A stretch of 64,000 bases of DNA. Source: Pseudomonadota bacterium (GTDB taxonomy: Bacteria; Bdellovibrionota_C; UBA2361; OMII01). The translations under genes and the position numbers were made by a program. The notes beneath the pieces were generated by a model that saw nothing but the letters and a program-made list of their open reading frames with translations, searched no databases and was not told the DNA's origin. Position 1 is the stretch's first letter, and each line of letters opens with the position of its first letter. This document shows, piece after piece, positions 9,775 through 19,987 of the stretch. Location: positions 101,573 through 165,572 of the forward strand of contig JAYPVM010000004.1 of NCBI GenBank assembly GCA_038134595.1. The letters run 5' to 3'.

Positions 9775-11106
9775 TTAACCGCGTGCGTTACGTCGTCGTT
9801 CGAGCGCAGTAAATCCAGCTTTGAGGGCATCTGTTAACTCCTGTTGGGAGCCGGTTCCTACCGAAAGCCGGATAAGATCATTCGGTATTCCTCGCTCGGC
9901 ACGTTGTTCCGGTGTTTGCTGAAAGTGGGAGACGACTGCTACTACAGACAGAAGAGGCATGTCTCCCCCAAACGAGGGGGCGATATATGTCCCCTTAGGC
10001 GAGTTTGCGATAAATGCATCTGCGAAAGCCGCAATGTCATGAAAATCTTGGCATTGTATTCTAAAGGAGACGACGCCTCCGAATCCTGTCATTTGTTTTT
10101 TTGCAACTTGGTAGTTTTGATGTGTTGGATGTCCAGGATACCAGAGCTCGATGACATTAGGATTTCTAGCGAGTAGATTAGCCACATGCATGCCGTTTCT
10201 ATTAGATAGCTCAACGCGCTCTCGGAGAGTGCCTAATCCCTGCTCGATGCCAAGACAATCTTCATCGTGGGCGATGTTGCCTTGTTGGCTACGGAGTTCT
10301 CTTGCCATTTCTACAATCTCGGCTCTTCCAATTATAGCTCCAGCACCTACTTGATTATTGCCGCCGATATATTTTGTTAGGGAGGGAACAACAATATCTG
10401 CTCCCTGCTCCAGAGGTTTTTGATTAATTGGACTCGCAAACGTGTGATCCACGATGAGCAGTGCACTTGAGTGGGCTGCTTTGATTTGGGATTTTACATC
10501 GGGGATGTCAATTACTCTGAGATATGGATTTGAGGGCGTCTCAAAAAATATGGCTTTTGTGTTTGGTTGCAGATATCTCTGCACGTTTGTAAAGTCATCC
10601 ATAGGAATGACTGTTAGTTCGACCAGGCCCCGTTTGACGAGCCTTTCTAGAATGTTGCGCGTTTGTCTGTAGCCCTCTGTACCTACGATGATGTGGCCTG
10701 GCTCAGGCGCCAGCGGTAAAACAGTATCTATGAGCGTTGCAATAGCAGCCATTCCGCTTCTGAATACCGTAGCTGACTCTCCGTTTTCAAGGGAAGCTAG
10801 GGCGCTTTCAATGCGTCGAGTAAGGGGAGTCCCATAACGGAAGTATTCCGCTTCATCAGCGCGCAGTTCTCCGAGGCTTTCTCTTCTTTTGAGCTCTGCA
10901 AATTGCGCTAACGTCGTCGAGCCGTGTGTTGTTGCATGGTGCGGGGCAATTGGTTCGGAGACACTCTCATCTTGGGACACGATGATATCATCCACAAACT
11001 GTCGTAGCGGATCTTGTCCCTCTGGAGTAAGAGATGTGTTGATGTCTTTCCATGGTGAGGTACTTGTAGGTTGTCTTGGCTCTTGGGTTGCTGCGTCTAG
11101 ATTCAT
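9775..11106 (-). CDS. PLP-dependent Cys/Met-metabolism enzyme, cystathionine gamma-synthase-like
   Basis: YFRYGTP, SGMAAI, ETPSNP, DHTFASP, SLTKYIGG (PLP Lys), SFGG and LIRLSVG; lies downstream of a SAM-I riboswitch. Confidence 0.85.
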   Translation of the reverse strand: MNLDAATQEPRQPTSTSPWKDINTSLTPEGQDPLRQFVDDIIVSQDESVSEPIAPHHATTHGSTTLAQFAELKRRESLGELRADEAEYFRYGTPLTRRIESALASLENGESATVFRSGMAAIATLIDTVLPLAPEPGHIIVGTEGYRQTRNILERLVKRGLVELTVIPMDDFTNVQRYLQPNTKAIFFETPSNPYLRVIDIPDVKSQIKAAHSSALLIVDHTFASPINQKPLEQGADIVVPSLTKYIGGNNQVGAGAIIGRAEIVEMARELRSQQGNIAHDEDCLGIEQGLGTLRERVELSNRNGMHVANLLARNPNVIELWYPGHPTHQNYQVAKKQMTGFGGVVSFRIQCQDFHDIAAFADAFIANSPKGTYIAPSFGGDMPLLSVVAVVSHFQQTPEQRAERGIPNDLIRLSVGTGSQQELTDALKAGFTALERRRNARG

Positions 11107-11247
11107 GAATCACCTCTAAAGTGACTCGTTATCCACAGATATTCTTAAGCGTTTTTGATGTTAAATGGCATTAATATGCCAGCAACACAATCATTGACTA
11201 ATGCGAGAATGGTATAGCTATCAGGGATCAAGAAAGACGAAAGGAAT

Positions 11248-11270
11248 ACAATCGCTTTGGTAGCGATTGT
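11248..11270 (-). terminator. Intrinsic terminator hairpin of the riboswitch expression platform
   Basis: Perfect 9-bp stem ACAATCGCT/AGCGATTGT just 3' of the riboswitch P1, followed on the minus strand by a pyrimidine-rich tract. Confidence 0.7.
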
Positions 11271-11271
11271 T

Positions 11272-11395
11272 CTCTCATCTTCCAGATTGCCTGTTGCTAG
11301 CATTCTAGCAACTCGTCTGCCGGAGTTGGCACCTTGAATTTAATCAGGTTGCCGAGGCTTCATCGGGCCGGTCCCTCTGCCTCTCTGGATAAGAG
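11272..11395 (-). promoter_or_regulatory. SAM-I (S-box) riboswitch
   Basis: Minus strand reads CTCTTATCCAGAGAGGCAGAGGGACCGGCCCGATGAAGCCTCGGCAACC...GGTGCCAACTCC...GCAG...CTGGAAGATGAGAG, matching the SAM-I consensus, upstream of a Met-pathway gene. Confidence 0.95.
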
Positions 11396-11548
11396 TCTGT
11401 TTGAGAAGATAGACTTCTTCAGATCCGATGTCAATATGAGGCAGAGCATGCCGTGCAAAGGAGGTAAGTTCTGTCACTACAGTGTTTCTCTAATGAATTG
11501 CAATCATCACAGCGTGCTCTGCGCAGTTGTATGACGAGGAGAGTGCTT

Positions 11549-12094
11549 CTACTGCGAATGGTTGATAGTTCGTGAGTTGTGTCTCCGTAAGGAGCGTCTT
11601 TGTTCTTGATCTTCTTTGTGTTCTGTATCCTTGTTTTTCATTGGATCGGAAGTTTGAGCCATAGGTTGATGAAACAATAGGCTTTTATCTCTAAATCCCA
11701 CTAATCTAAGTAGGAGTTGCTCAAGAGCCTTTAATAGGTTTGCGAAGAAAGAAATGATTCGGTTCATAATGCCCCCTTCGTATTTAAAAAGAGGGTTTTT
11801 GAAAACGCCATGTTCCTTCGGGGAAGGTGCTGAGCGGTGTTGTTGTTGGTCTTGTGTGTTCGTAGGGTTTGAACCTAAGGGGAGCGCTAAGTCTCCCCTT
11901 TTTCTTCTCTCTTGTTTTGGTGATACCCTAATAATGTCGGTGTTTTGGATCGATGCGCCTGCCAAATTGACTTCTTCCGGCTGTTGAGATGTGCCGCGAT
12001 TTTCTAGGTCTTTGTGCGCAACGAGAGTGTCCAAGGAATCTAAAGTATCCCCTTTGGGTGTTGCAGCGTGATTTAGGGCCTTGTGCTCCGACAT
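11549..12094 (-). CDS. Hypothetical, mostly hydrophilic protein with one amphipathic helix
   Basis: 181-aa ORF with an RBS-like AGGTAAG; helix IMNRIISFFANLLKALEQLLLRLVG. Confidence 0.6.
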   Translation of the reverse strand: MSEHKALNHAATPKGDTLDSLDTLVAHKDLENRGTSQQPEEVNLAGASIQNTDIIRVSPKQERRKRGDLALPLGSNPTNTQDQQQHRSAPSPKEHGVFKNPLFKYEGGIMNRIISFFANLLKALEQLLLRLVGFRDKSLLFHQPMAQTSDPMKNKDTEHKEDQEQRRSLRRHNSRTINHSQ

Positions 12095-12239
12095 ATCTTA
12101 CCTGGGCGCTTTTTATCATATGTAGTTATGTTTGTCTTCTTTTGTCGTGATACATAAGAAATGGATAAAAATACCTTTTAGATGTGTTTTTAATTAACTA
12201 TTATGCTGGGTTAGGACCTTGATTAAAAATGGAGCGATA

Positions 12240-13325
12240 ATGAGGCGATTTTTCTTGAAGTTTGCACTGAGTGTTTTGTTTATCACAGCTATTGGAGGGT
12301 GTAATTCGAGTGCGGTGCAGGATGTTATTGATATTATTGAAGGGGTCCCTCGAAAAACCATCAACACCGATATCCTAGGGATAAATGCATTTGCGAATGA
12401 TGGGAGGTTCGGAACGCCACAACAGCAGTATACGGAGGTTCGGTCTGTCCTTCGACTTAATTCACTGCGAATTCTTGCTAATTGGGATGCCTTGGCGCAG
12501 CCTGCCAAGGGAAGCTCTATAAATTTTTCATTCCTTGATACGTTAGTCGCGGCGATTCCCGATGGGGTCGATGGCCTAATAATTCTCTCGGGAACTCCAA
12601 CTTGGATGAGTGATGCTTCGAACTGGACAGACGGTGATCCCAAAAAGACTTTTGTACGGGAGTGGGTAACGCCTATCGTGAGGCGCTACCGAGCAAATCC
12701 CAAAATTATCGGCTTTCAGGTCTGGAATGAGCCAAATCAGAACAATCAATCTAATAGAGATCTTGGGCTTGTGACCGATGCTTCAGGTTACGTTGAAGTG
12801 TTACGACAGTCCTTTGAGGTAATCAGAGCTCTTGCCCCCTCTAAGTTGGTTGTGACAGCCGCGACTACTTCACTTAATCAAAATTTTCCAGACTCCCTTG
12901 ATTATAATCGAATGATGAGAGATGCAGGCGCACAGCAGTACGCAGATATCTGGGCGATTCATTATTATGGCAAGCAGTATGAAAATCTGCTTCGGCCAGG
13001 TGGCGTAAAAGATTTTGCAAACGGCTTGTCTTTGCCTATATGGGTGACCGAGAGCGGTGAGAGGGGAGTCAATAAGCAGTTGGCATACGGCGAAGAGGTA
13101 TGGCATTATCTTGTGGAGAATATGCCCAGTATACAACGCATCTACGTGTACCAGCATACAGAGGCTACGCCACCTGAGAGTACATACGGGTTGCGGAATC
13201 TATCGTCAGATGCGCCTGTTTCAGATCTCTATGTGTGGTTGCGGGATAGGTATACAGGTTTGAGGTTGCATACGAGGAATGGGAGAAGTGTCACTGTTTT
13301 GAGGGAATTTGGAGGGCTATGCTAA
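12240..13325 (+). CDS. Clan GH-A glycoside hydrolase (GH5/GH39-like) lipoprotein
   Basis: Signal peptide with lipobox IGGC; WNEP acid/base, AIHYY and WVTESG nucleophile. Confidence 0.8.
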   Translation: MRRFFLKFALSVLFITAIGGCNSSAVQDVIDIIEGVPRKTINTDILGINAFANDGRFGTPQQQYTEVRSVLRLNSLRILANWDALAQPAKGSSINFSFLDTLVAAIPDGVDGLIILSGTPTWMSDASNWTDGDPKKTFVREWVTPIVRRYRANPKIIGFQVWNEPNQNNQSNRDLGLVTDASGYVEVLRQSFEVIRALAPSKLVVTAATTSLNQNFPDSLDYNRMMRDAGAQQYADIWAIHYYGKQYENLLRPGGVKDFANGLSLPIWVTESGERGVNKQLAYGEEVWHYLVENMPSIQRIYVYQHTEATPPESTYGLRNLSSDAPVSDLYVWLRDRYTGLRLHTRNGRSVTVLREFGGLC

Positions 13326-13768
13326 GAGTGCTTGTATTTGGGGTGATGATTTCGTTATCTGCTTGTTTTTCTCACGGGGTAATGAATGCGGCAACTGGAA
13401 CGTCTGTTGTGCTACAAAGCAACAACTATAAAACATTGAAGACTGGTGCTCGTGGTGTTAGCTACGGTTTTTCATTGCTCGGCTTGATTCCAATAGTTTC
13501 ACCAACTGCTGCCTCGGCAAAGTCGAACTTGTACGGAGATGTCCAGATTGAGATGGGGGGGCGGTCTACAGCTTTGGCGAATCAAACAGAGGATAGAAGT
13601 GTTTTATATTTGGGGTTATTTTCAATTCCTAGGTATATAATTACTGCAGATGTAATCGAGTTTACCGAGAACCAACAGAAGAACTACGACGTTTCGACGC
13701 AGGTTGCGGCTGTAGAGAAAACTAGTTTAGAAAACCCCGCCCCCAAGGCCCTAGCAAAGCAAAAGTAG
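13319..13768 (+). CDS. Small lipoprotein (DUF6567-like)
   Basis: Lipobox LSAC; NNYK, ALAN and TADVIEF motifs; overlaps the upstream gene. Confidence 0.6.
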   Translation: MLRVLVFGVMISLSACFSHGVMNAATGTSVVLQSNNYKTLKTGARGVSYGFSLLGLIPIVSPTAASAKSNLYGDVQIEMGGRSTALANQTEDRSVLYLGLFSIPRYIITADVIEFTENQQKNYDVSTQVAAVEKTSLENPAPKALAKQK

Positions 13769-13829
13769 TACGCTTGGATTGAAGACTACTGTTTCAGTAG
13801 TCGCAGTACGATAATCTTGTAAGAAACTT

Positions 13830-14999
13830 CTAATTGAGCTCCGGTAAGGTGTTGTGCCATGTGATAGTATCTGGTGTTACTATAGATATTTTCTCTACGT
13901 CCATCGATACAACACCCAATTCATCTCGTTTCACCGAAAGATTAGTGACGATGATGCAGGGATTTTTAGTTAGTAGCACTTTGTGATGCCCATCGCTTAT
14001 TGGTTCTTCGATTTGACATCCCATTGTCCCAAGTTGACAGAGATAGGTGTTGTCTTTTCGAGGTAGGAGGGCGATTCCCCAAATACCACTGATTAAAAGC
14101 TGAGGGGTTATCTCTAACGCGGCAGTAGCGACTGATTCGTATGCCTTGCTGAGGAGGGCGGAACCACGATGGACATCTCGTATTCCCTTTCCATCTCGGA
14201 TAGCAGATTCTAGAGCGTTCTCTTCGATGAGCAACCTTCCTAATTCCTGCATTTGATTAAGGGAGTTTTGAAAGGCCCTTGTGGACCAATACAATTCAAT
14301 TGAGTATGTGAAGGTATTAGGGCTGACAACGAGAAAGGCACCCGCTTCTCCCTCCAGAATGTACTCTCTGGGTAGCATTACAAGTGGAGTTACGAGACTT
14401 GCCGCGTCGGGCACTTCTAGTCCAGCAGAAGAGGGAATTGCCAATCTAATTGCTTTTGGGTGAGAAGCCAAAAGCTCCTCGTTCCAACTACCGTCGGGCC
14501 TGGTCTGCGCCTCCGGATCATGGGCGCTTTCACCGTAACGACAGCAGTATACTATGGAGGTATCCTTTGATGAATTAGTTGCAAGGCGACTTATTTCTCG
14601 GACATCGAAATGTTGCAACGGTTTTCGAGCGGTGTATTCGCTGCCCCGATGCTTTTCGAGGTAGATTGAATCGGAGAGAAAAAACCGTTTAATAAGTCCG
14701 GTGATAAACTGTCGAGAGATGTCGGGCCGTTTGAATTCATCCACTTGACCAAGCGTTATTGGACGAGCACTGCTTCTACGTTCAACTATGTCGGTTAGTC
14801 GGTGGGCACCACTATGCTTGAGTGCGACACTGGCAGAAGGAGCTCGTCTTTCGTTTGCTGGCGAGGAAAGTTGTCCGAGGGTTCCAAAAGCTGCCGCGTT
14901 TTCTGTCGAAAAAAAATGTTGTAACGGATTAATCATATCCATTGCCTGTATGATGCTCTTCCATCCCGACAGTATAATATCGTTGAAGCCAGCATCCAA
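13830..14999 (-). CDS. Hypothetical protein (orphan)
   Basis: Long ORF with no recognised motif; start uncertain. Confidence 0.6.
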   Translation of the reverse strand: MDAGFNDIILSGWKSIIQAMDMINPLQHFFSTENAAAFGTLGQLSSPANERRAPSASVALKHSGAHRLTDIVERRSSARPITLGQVDEFKRPDISRQFITGLIKRFFLSDSIYLEKHRGSEYTARKPLQHFDVREISRLATNSSKDTSIVYCCRYGESAHDPEAQTRPDGSWNEELLASHPKAIRLAIPSSAGLEVPDAASLVTPLVMLPREYILEGEAGAFLVVSPNTFTYSIELYWSTRAFQNSLNQMQELGRLLIEENALESAIRDGKGIRDVHRGSALLSKAYESVATAALEITPQLLISGIWGIALLPRKDNTYLCQLGTMGCQIEEPISDGHHKVLLTKNPCIIVTNLSVKRDELGVVSMDVEKISIVTPDTITWHNTLPELN

Positions 15000-15056
15000 G
15001 ACTTATTGTATACAACCTTTTTGGTGGTCGTACGTGACTCTTGATAGCACATGTAT

Positions 15057-16712
15057 CTAAATGCGTTCTGAAGCGAACAGCTCTTCTATGGTGATTCGAG
15101 CGGCTTTTCGGGAAGTACTGTTTTGTTCGATGATGTCGGCGGCCATTAAAGGCTGTGCTACAAAACTCCAAGTTTCTTGATCGAGTTTGTAGAATGCTAG
15201 CATCTCGTTAAATGCACGAACGAGGTCCGGACTGCCCGCAGGATTTTGATGAGCAATTGAAAATTGAATTTTTGGTAAGATCTGTAAGAAGGCAGAAAAT
15301 TCTTCAGGCGCATGGTAAGAGTGCTCTCTCAGTGTGAAACTAGCGGCAGCTTCAATTGCTTGTAACATCTGCCAATTTTTTTCAGCTGTCTCTATCTCTG
15401 CAATTCGATGTAATTCGGTTAGTATTGTGGACACTAAATGCTTTTCGCATGGTGTGTTTAAGTCTGAGTGGCTAAATGGGACCGTATCACACGAAAGAGT
15501 TACTCCGTATTGCTCCAGTGTGCTGCCATCAGCTTCATACACGGGAGGAAAAGAGTTTTCTAATAGTTCATGCCACCTGGTAGATTGACCGACTCCCACC
15601 GGAGTCTCGTTCCGACTACTACCCCTACAATCAAGCATATGAAGCAGGACAACGGAGACAAGGGATGGAGAAACGTCACCGGTTAGATCGAGAAAAGACT
15701 GCTCGCAGCGTGATTGGCGAGTATAATGGGCATTGGTGCTATTCCACTCACAAAAACAAATTACTTGAGATGCGGCTGACCCAAAAGCTCCCAAACACCC
15801 GAGCCCCCCAAAGAGTAGGCTAGGTAAATATTGGCCGTTTGAAAAAAGCGCGAGAGCTTCTTGAAACGCAGCCACCGAGGCCACAGCGATAGTCCCGTTT
15901 ACTAATGTCATTCCTCCGAAGATTAGTGCGGAAGTGCGTTTGTGCTGTGATGTCTTTGCCACCTCGGAGATGCTACGAGGGATTTTCTGGTATATATGAG
16001 AGAGAGCTGCCAATTTGTTTATTAATCCCATGGAATGCCCTGTTGTTCCTGAGAGAGCCAAGGACTCAAGGACGCTTGTTAATGAAGGGAGCTTATCTGG
16101 TTGTATAAAAGCGCTATTGCTATCGATGTTGTATATAAATCCATCGGCATGAAGGCGGCGCTTGGTGTCTTGAACCGTGTCTTGTGCTATCCCATGTAAG
16201 AGGTTAAATGGTAGGGCGGTGGACTCTTGGTTTTGGACAAAACAAGCTGTACCAAGTTGCTGTTCCTTTAAGAAAAATTGCGGTAATTCATTGCAGATTC
16301 TTTCAATAGTCGTCTCGTAAGCCCTGCGCAGTTTTACGGGATCTTGCGCAAGAACGCGTAAGCGTTCTGCTATCTCTGTCGAGGTTTTCTCCGGTGTTCG
16401 ATATAGCTCGCGGAGAGAATGAGAGAAATCTTTCTCAAAGTAAGTTACAAGACTTTGTACAAGGGGATTGGTCTGATCAGCGAAACTAAGAGATCGAAAT
16501 AGTTCTGTGGCTTTCGCTTCGAGCGCGATGAATTGAGAAACTGTTCTGTCTGTAGGATCTTTAGTGTCCTTGCGAGGTTCGAAAGGATGAATAAATAAAC
16601 TTTGCTCTCGTAGGTCAATGTCTCGTTCGGTGACTCGAAAAGGAACCGTTCCCGGCTGAGGGGTGGAGACCTTCAGCGTATGTTTGCCGCCAATCGAGAC
16701 CTCTATTTCCAT
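15057..16712 (-). CDS. Hypothetical protein with a central two-helix hydrophobic hairpin
   Basis: 551-aa ORF with hydrophobic segments ALIFGGMTLVNGTIAVASVAAF and YLPSLLFGGLGCLGAFGSAASQVICF; no signal peptide. Confidence 0.7.
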   Translation of the reverse strand: MEIEVSIGGKHTLKVSTPQPGTVPFRVTERDIDLREQSLFIHPFEPRKDTKDPTDRTVSQFIALEAKATELFRSLSFADQTNPLVQSLVTYFEKDFSHSLRELYRTPEKTSTEIAERLRVLAQDPVKLRRAYETTIERICNELPQFFLKEQQLGTACFVQNQESTALPFNLLHGIAQDTVQDTKRRLHADGFIYNIDSNSAFIQPDKLPSLTSVLESLALSGTTGHSMGLINKLAALSHIYQKIPRSISEVAKTSQHKRTSALIFGGMTLVNGTIAVASVAAFQEALALFSNGQYLPSLLFGGLGCLGAFGSAASQVICFCEWNSTNAHYTRQSRCEQSFLDLTGDVSPSLVSVVLLHMLDCRGSSRNETPVGVGQSTRWHELLENSFPPVYEADGSTLEQYGVTLSCDTVPFSHSDLNTPCEKHLVSTILTELHRIAEIETAEKNWQMLQAIEAAASFTLREHSYHAPEEFSAFLQILPKIQFSIAHQNPAGSPDLVRAFNEMLAFYKLDQETWSFVAQPLMAADIIEQNSTSRKAARITIEELFASERI

Positions 16713-16895
16713 ATGTAGCTTTCTCTTGAATACGACCTGTTTTGTCTTCTCTAGAGCCGAGTGTTTGAGGCTCTTTAGTTTGGGGAATAGTAGCGCACCA
16801 CCCCTTTATGTGAAGAGTTTATGGTAATTTGAAACTGGGATAATCTCAACTAACCGGAGGGCGCTGAGTAGGTGAGAATATATGCGTACAGATAC

Positions 16896-17912
16896 CTACA
16901 GCAGTCCAGTTGCAAGTAGAAGCCAGCGATACTCTGTAGGTGCTCCTGAGCGAGCATTAGCTCCCATTTGAGTCCAGCTTCGGGCTTTGAAAATAAAATG
17001 AATGTTTCCGTCCTTGTCTAGTGCTCCTTGTGGTGGATTCGGGTCTTGAGCTCCTTGGCGTGTTGCGTTCTCTAGAACTCGATCAAAGGAGCTGCTCCCA
17101 GAGGAGGTTTTGAGAGACACACTACGCAGACGCCCCTCGGGAGAGAGGACCGCTTCGATGATTGAGAACGAATGAACTTGACGGATGTCATGTGCACGTA
17201 ATGTGTCCCATCCTTCTGAGCGGAGTTGGGTAAATACTTGAATGGCAACTCTTCGAACAAAACTTGCGTATAGGTTGGCCTTTGCGTTGAGAAGGGTGAT
17301 ATCTCCATCGGGTAGGTTGGGAAGATGATCGCTGATACCTCCGGTTCCAATAAAGGTGGCACCGCTTCCCCTAGGTCTCGCAAATGCTTTGTAATCTGAG
17401 GGGTCGGAAATTTTATTCTCTGTGGCTGGAGTTTTTGAGGACTTGCCCGTAGCACGAAATTTATCGCTTAGCGTTGAGCTGTCGAGTCGAAGATCTTTTA
17501 GAGTTAGCTTTGAGCCAGGCGATCTGGTGTGTTGCTTCTCTTTCTGTTGGTTGGTGTGCGGTGAGGTTTTCTGTTGTGGCTGTTTGGGTTGGAGGGATTG
17601 CTGTGTTTTATCATTCGTAGGGGACGGTGCACCACCAGTCCCACGGCGAATTTGCTCCACCTCGGTGCGCGCGTTCTGGTCTGAGAGTTTCTTTGTGTCT
17701 AACGGCGTTTCTTTTGTGGTTGTCGCAGGCGGAGAGACGATTTGTGGTGTCCTGTCCTCTCGTTCAAACGAAACAGTAAAGACGGGGATCTCTGGGGGTA
17801 GGCCGGGGTTTAGGTAGGTCAGTAGGGCTAGAATTGAGGCGTGTATGAAAAGTGACGCAAGAAGCCCCGCTCGGTCAAAAGAGGATGATTTGGATTTGCC
17901 GATAGTTCTCAT
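16896..17912 (-). CDS. TonB-family energy transducer (TonB C-terminal domain)
   Basis: N-terminal TM with SLFIH (SxxxH), a Pro/Gln-rich linker and C-terminal SSGSSSFD...PNPP. Confidence 0.8.
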   Translation of the reverse strand: MRTIGKSKSSSFDRAGLLASLFIHASILALLTYLNPGLPPEIPVFTVSFEREDRTPQIVSPPATTTKETPLDTKKLSDQNARTEVEQIRRGTGGAPSPTNDKTQQSLQPKQPQQKTSPHTNQQKEKQHTRSPGSKLTLKDLRLDSSTLSDKFRATGKSSKTPATENKISDPSDYKAFARPRGSGATFIGTGGISDHLPNLPDGDITLLNAKANLYASFVRRVAIQVFTQLRSEGWDTLRAHDIRQVHSFSIIEAVLSPEGRLRSVSLKTSSGSSSFDRVLENATRQGAQDPNPPQGALDKDGNIHFIFKARSWTQMGANARSGAPTEYRWLLLATGLL

Positions 17913-18188
17913 GGTGGACTTCGTTTCTTCAAGCTTTCTGTCAAGCTCTGAAAAGGGGACTTGAATATGTGCACGTTTTTTAGTCTAGCGGCTAATCTGT
18001 TGGGTGAAAATAGATGGCATCACTGTAATGATGAGATAGTATTCTTATCGACTAAATGTGGCTAACAACTTGATATAGCAGCGCTATCTTATAGGCTCTC
18101 ACCCTTTTTGTGTTCCAATGGTTGTTTGAATTGTGTAATGAGAGGTATGCTAGGTCGTGTTTTTGCTTTCGCGAGGAGAGGTCGCAGT

Positions 18189-18404
18189 ATGTTAAGTCCA
18201 GTTGAGATTGGTGTTGTTGCTGTAGTGGTTGTTTTATTGTTTGGAACAAGAAAGTTGCCAGAGCTTGGTTCGGGCCTCGGGAAGGCTATAAGCAATTTCA
18301 AAAGGTCGTATCGAGAGGCATCAGAGATAGACGTTACTCCTTCGGAGAAGGGTCCCTCGGTTGATGACGCCAAGCAAGGGGACTCGACTGGTTCTGGAAG
18401 CTAG
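18189..18404 (+). CDS. tatA: Twin-arginine translocase TatA
   Basis: EIGVVAVVVVLLFGTRKLPELGSGLGKAISNFK; GAGGAG RBS before ATG 18189. Confidence 0.93.
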   Translation: MLSPVEIGVVAVVVVLLFGTRKLPELGSGLGKAISNFKRSYREASEIDVTPSEKGPSVDDAKQGDSTGSGS

Positions 18405-18559
18405 TGTTTAGGATCTACACAATCCCGCAAGCTCTGTGATTATCTCATTCTCTCTGGTTCTTAAAAATTAGTATGGTGGGATTAATTGTAGCGAATGAGC
18501 TAGGCTGTTTCCTTGTGTATGGTACGGGTTGAATGGTCTTGTTGATTGTCTATTTAAGC

Positions 18560-19987
18560 CTACTGACCTACAGAAAAAATCCTACCCGAAAAGAAAGCAA
18601 GAGTTTCCGCTGAAAGTTGGTTTTGAGCGGAGTCCTCGGATTCGGGTAATAGAGCAATCGTAAATGGAACTGATTCGCCGGGTTTGATGCTGGTTTGGAC
18701 AGTGTTGATAGAGGTTTGAAATTGCTTGACGGTTTCGAGTGTTAGGTCTTCTATTTTTTCTCTGTGAAGAGCTGAACGCAGGGGAGTTTTGACTCGGACC
18801 GCGGGGATTCCTTGGCGATTAAAGCCAATAGCTTCTACTACAACCTGATCGAATGATTTAGTCTCCCGATTAAGAACTATTCCCCGGACTATCGGAATCG
18901 TCTCACCCGAACGAGTTTGTTTGAATTCAAAGGTCAGGTTCTGCACCAAAAGACGATTTGGTGGTGTTATAAGTTGCTTTCCTGACAGCGCAGTCGGAAT
19001 TACGGCTCCAAAAACGTTGTCGACAGTTTGTGGCATGATACGTGTAAGTATTCCTAGGAGTATTACAACGCATGATGCTTTGACGATCGGCCGTATCATT
19101 CGAAAGAGGTCTTTATTTTTATCTACAAAGCGGGAGAAGGTTTCTTTTCCTTTCGCTGTAATGCCTTGAGCCTGAGCGGTTTTTCTCTTGCTTATGAATG
19201 CCTGATTTGCTTCCTGTCGTGGGGGCTTTGAGTCTCTTTGAATAGTGGGTGGAGATGGTTTTTTGAAATCAGCCGCCTCTGAATGCTGAGTGACGGATTG
19301 TGCGTGTTTCTTGGGCTCGTCGTTTCTTGTTTTAAACGGACTGTCAAAAAGAGAGCAGATGTCCCATGGCGTTCTCGTCTCTTGATTTGCATCGTTGGTT
19401 GTAGCACTTGCCAATGCTTCTTGAGAGCTTTGGCCGTTAATTCCCAACCTAGCTGCCCGCGCAACGAACTCTCCTCTAGTAATTGAGGACGGTGAGGTGG
19501 AGCTGTCTGAAAATCCGAGGAGAGCTCGACCTGCCGTATGCTCTATCGTCGGACGGTTTGCAGGCGATTGATAGCTGGCCTCGCCGAGTGAGAAATCAGA
19601 TGGCCGAAGTGCGCTTTGTCGCGAGTCGTTTTCCCGTTTTTCAGAGCAACTGGCTGATTCGGATGAGTTGTTATTTGTAGGAAGTGGGCGAGTCTGGCCT
19701 GAATTATGCGAGACTTCTGCTGGGAATGAAGAAGAGGACGTAAGGTTAGTGGGCCTCGAATGGGTGAGGTTTTTGGTGGTATAGCTGAACTCGAAGACGG
19801 CGTCACACCGAGAACAATGGAATTTTGGGGTCTCATAGGAGGCTATCAGACCGCTTTCAACAGCGAATTTAGTTTGGCAACACGGACAGCTAACAACCAT
19901 ATGTGGCTCGGAGGATTCCTCATGTGTGAGAATACTTGGTTGCTTCTCGTTATGAGCGGTTTTGCGAGAAAGTGTGCGTGTACTCAC
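18560..19987 (-). CDS. Zinc-ribbon (MJ0042-type) protein with TM and DUF3426-like C-terminus
   Basis: CPCCQTKF...CSRCDAVF, a disordered linker, a TM segment and a periplasmic domain ending IKPGESVPFTI. Confidence 0.75.
   Translation of the reverse strand: MSTRTLSRKTAHNEKQPSILTHEESSEPHMVVSCPCCQTKFAVESGLIASYETPKFHCSRCDAVFEFSYTTKNLTHSRPTNLTSSSSFPAEVSHNSGQTRPLPTNNNSSESASCSEKRENDSRQSALRPSDFSLGEASYQSPANRPTIEHTAGRALLGFSDSSTSPSSITRGEFVARAARLGINGQSSQEALASATTNDANQETRTPWDICSLFDSPFKTRNDEPKKHAQSVTQHSEAADFKKPSPPTIQRDSKPPRQEANQAFISKRKTAQAQGITAKGKETFSRFVDKNKDLFRMIRPIVKASCVVILLGILTRIMPQTVDNVFGAVIPTALSGKQLITPPNRLLVQNLTFEFKQTRSGETIPIVRGIVLNRETKSFDQVVVEAIGFNRQGIPAVRVKTPLRSALHREKIEDLTLETVKQFQTSINTVQTSIKPGESVPFTIALLPESEDSAQNQLSAETLAFFSGRIFSVGQ

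Noticed and set aside
11166..11181. TGGCAT-TAAT-ATGCCA as a sigma54 promoter
   Set aside because: The GG-to-GC spacing is one base short; it is only a short palindrome.
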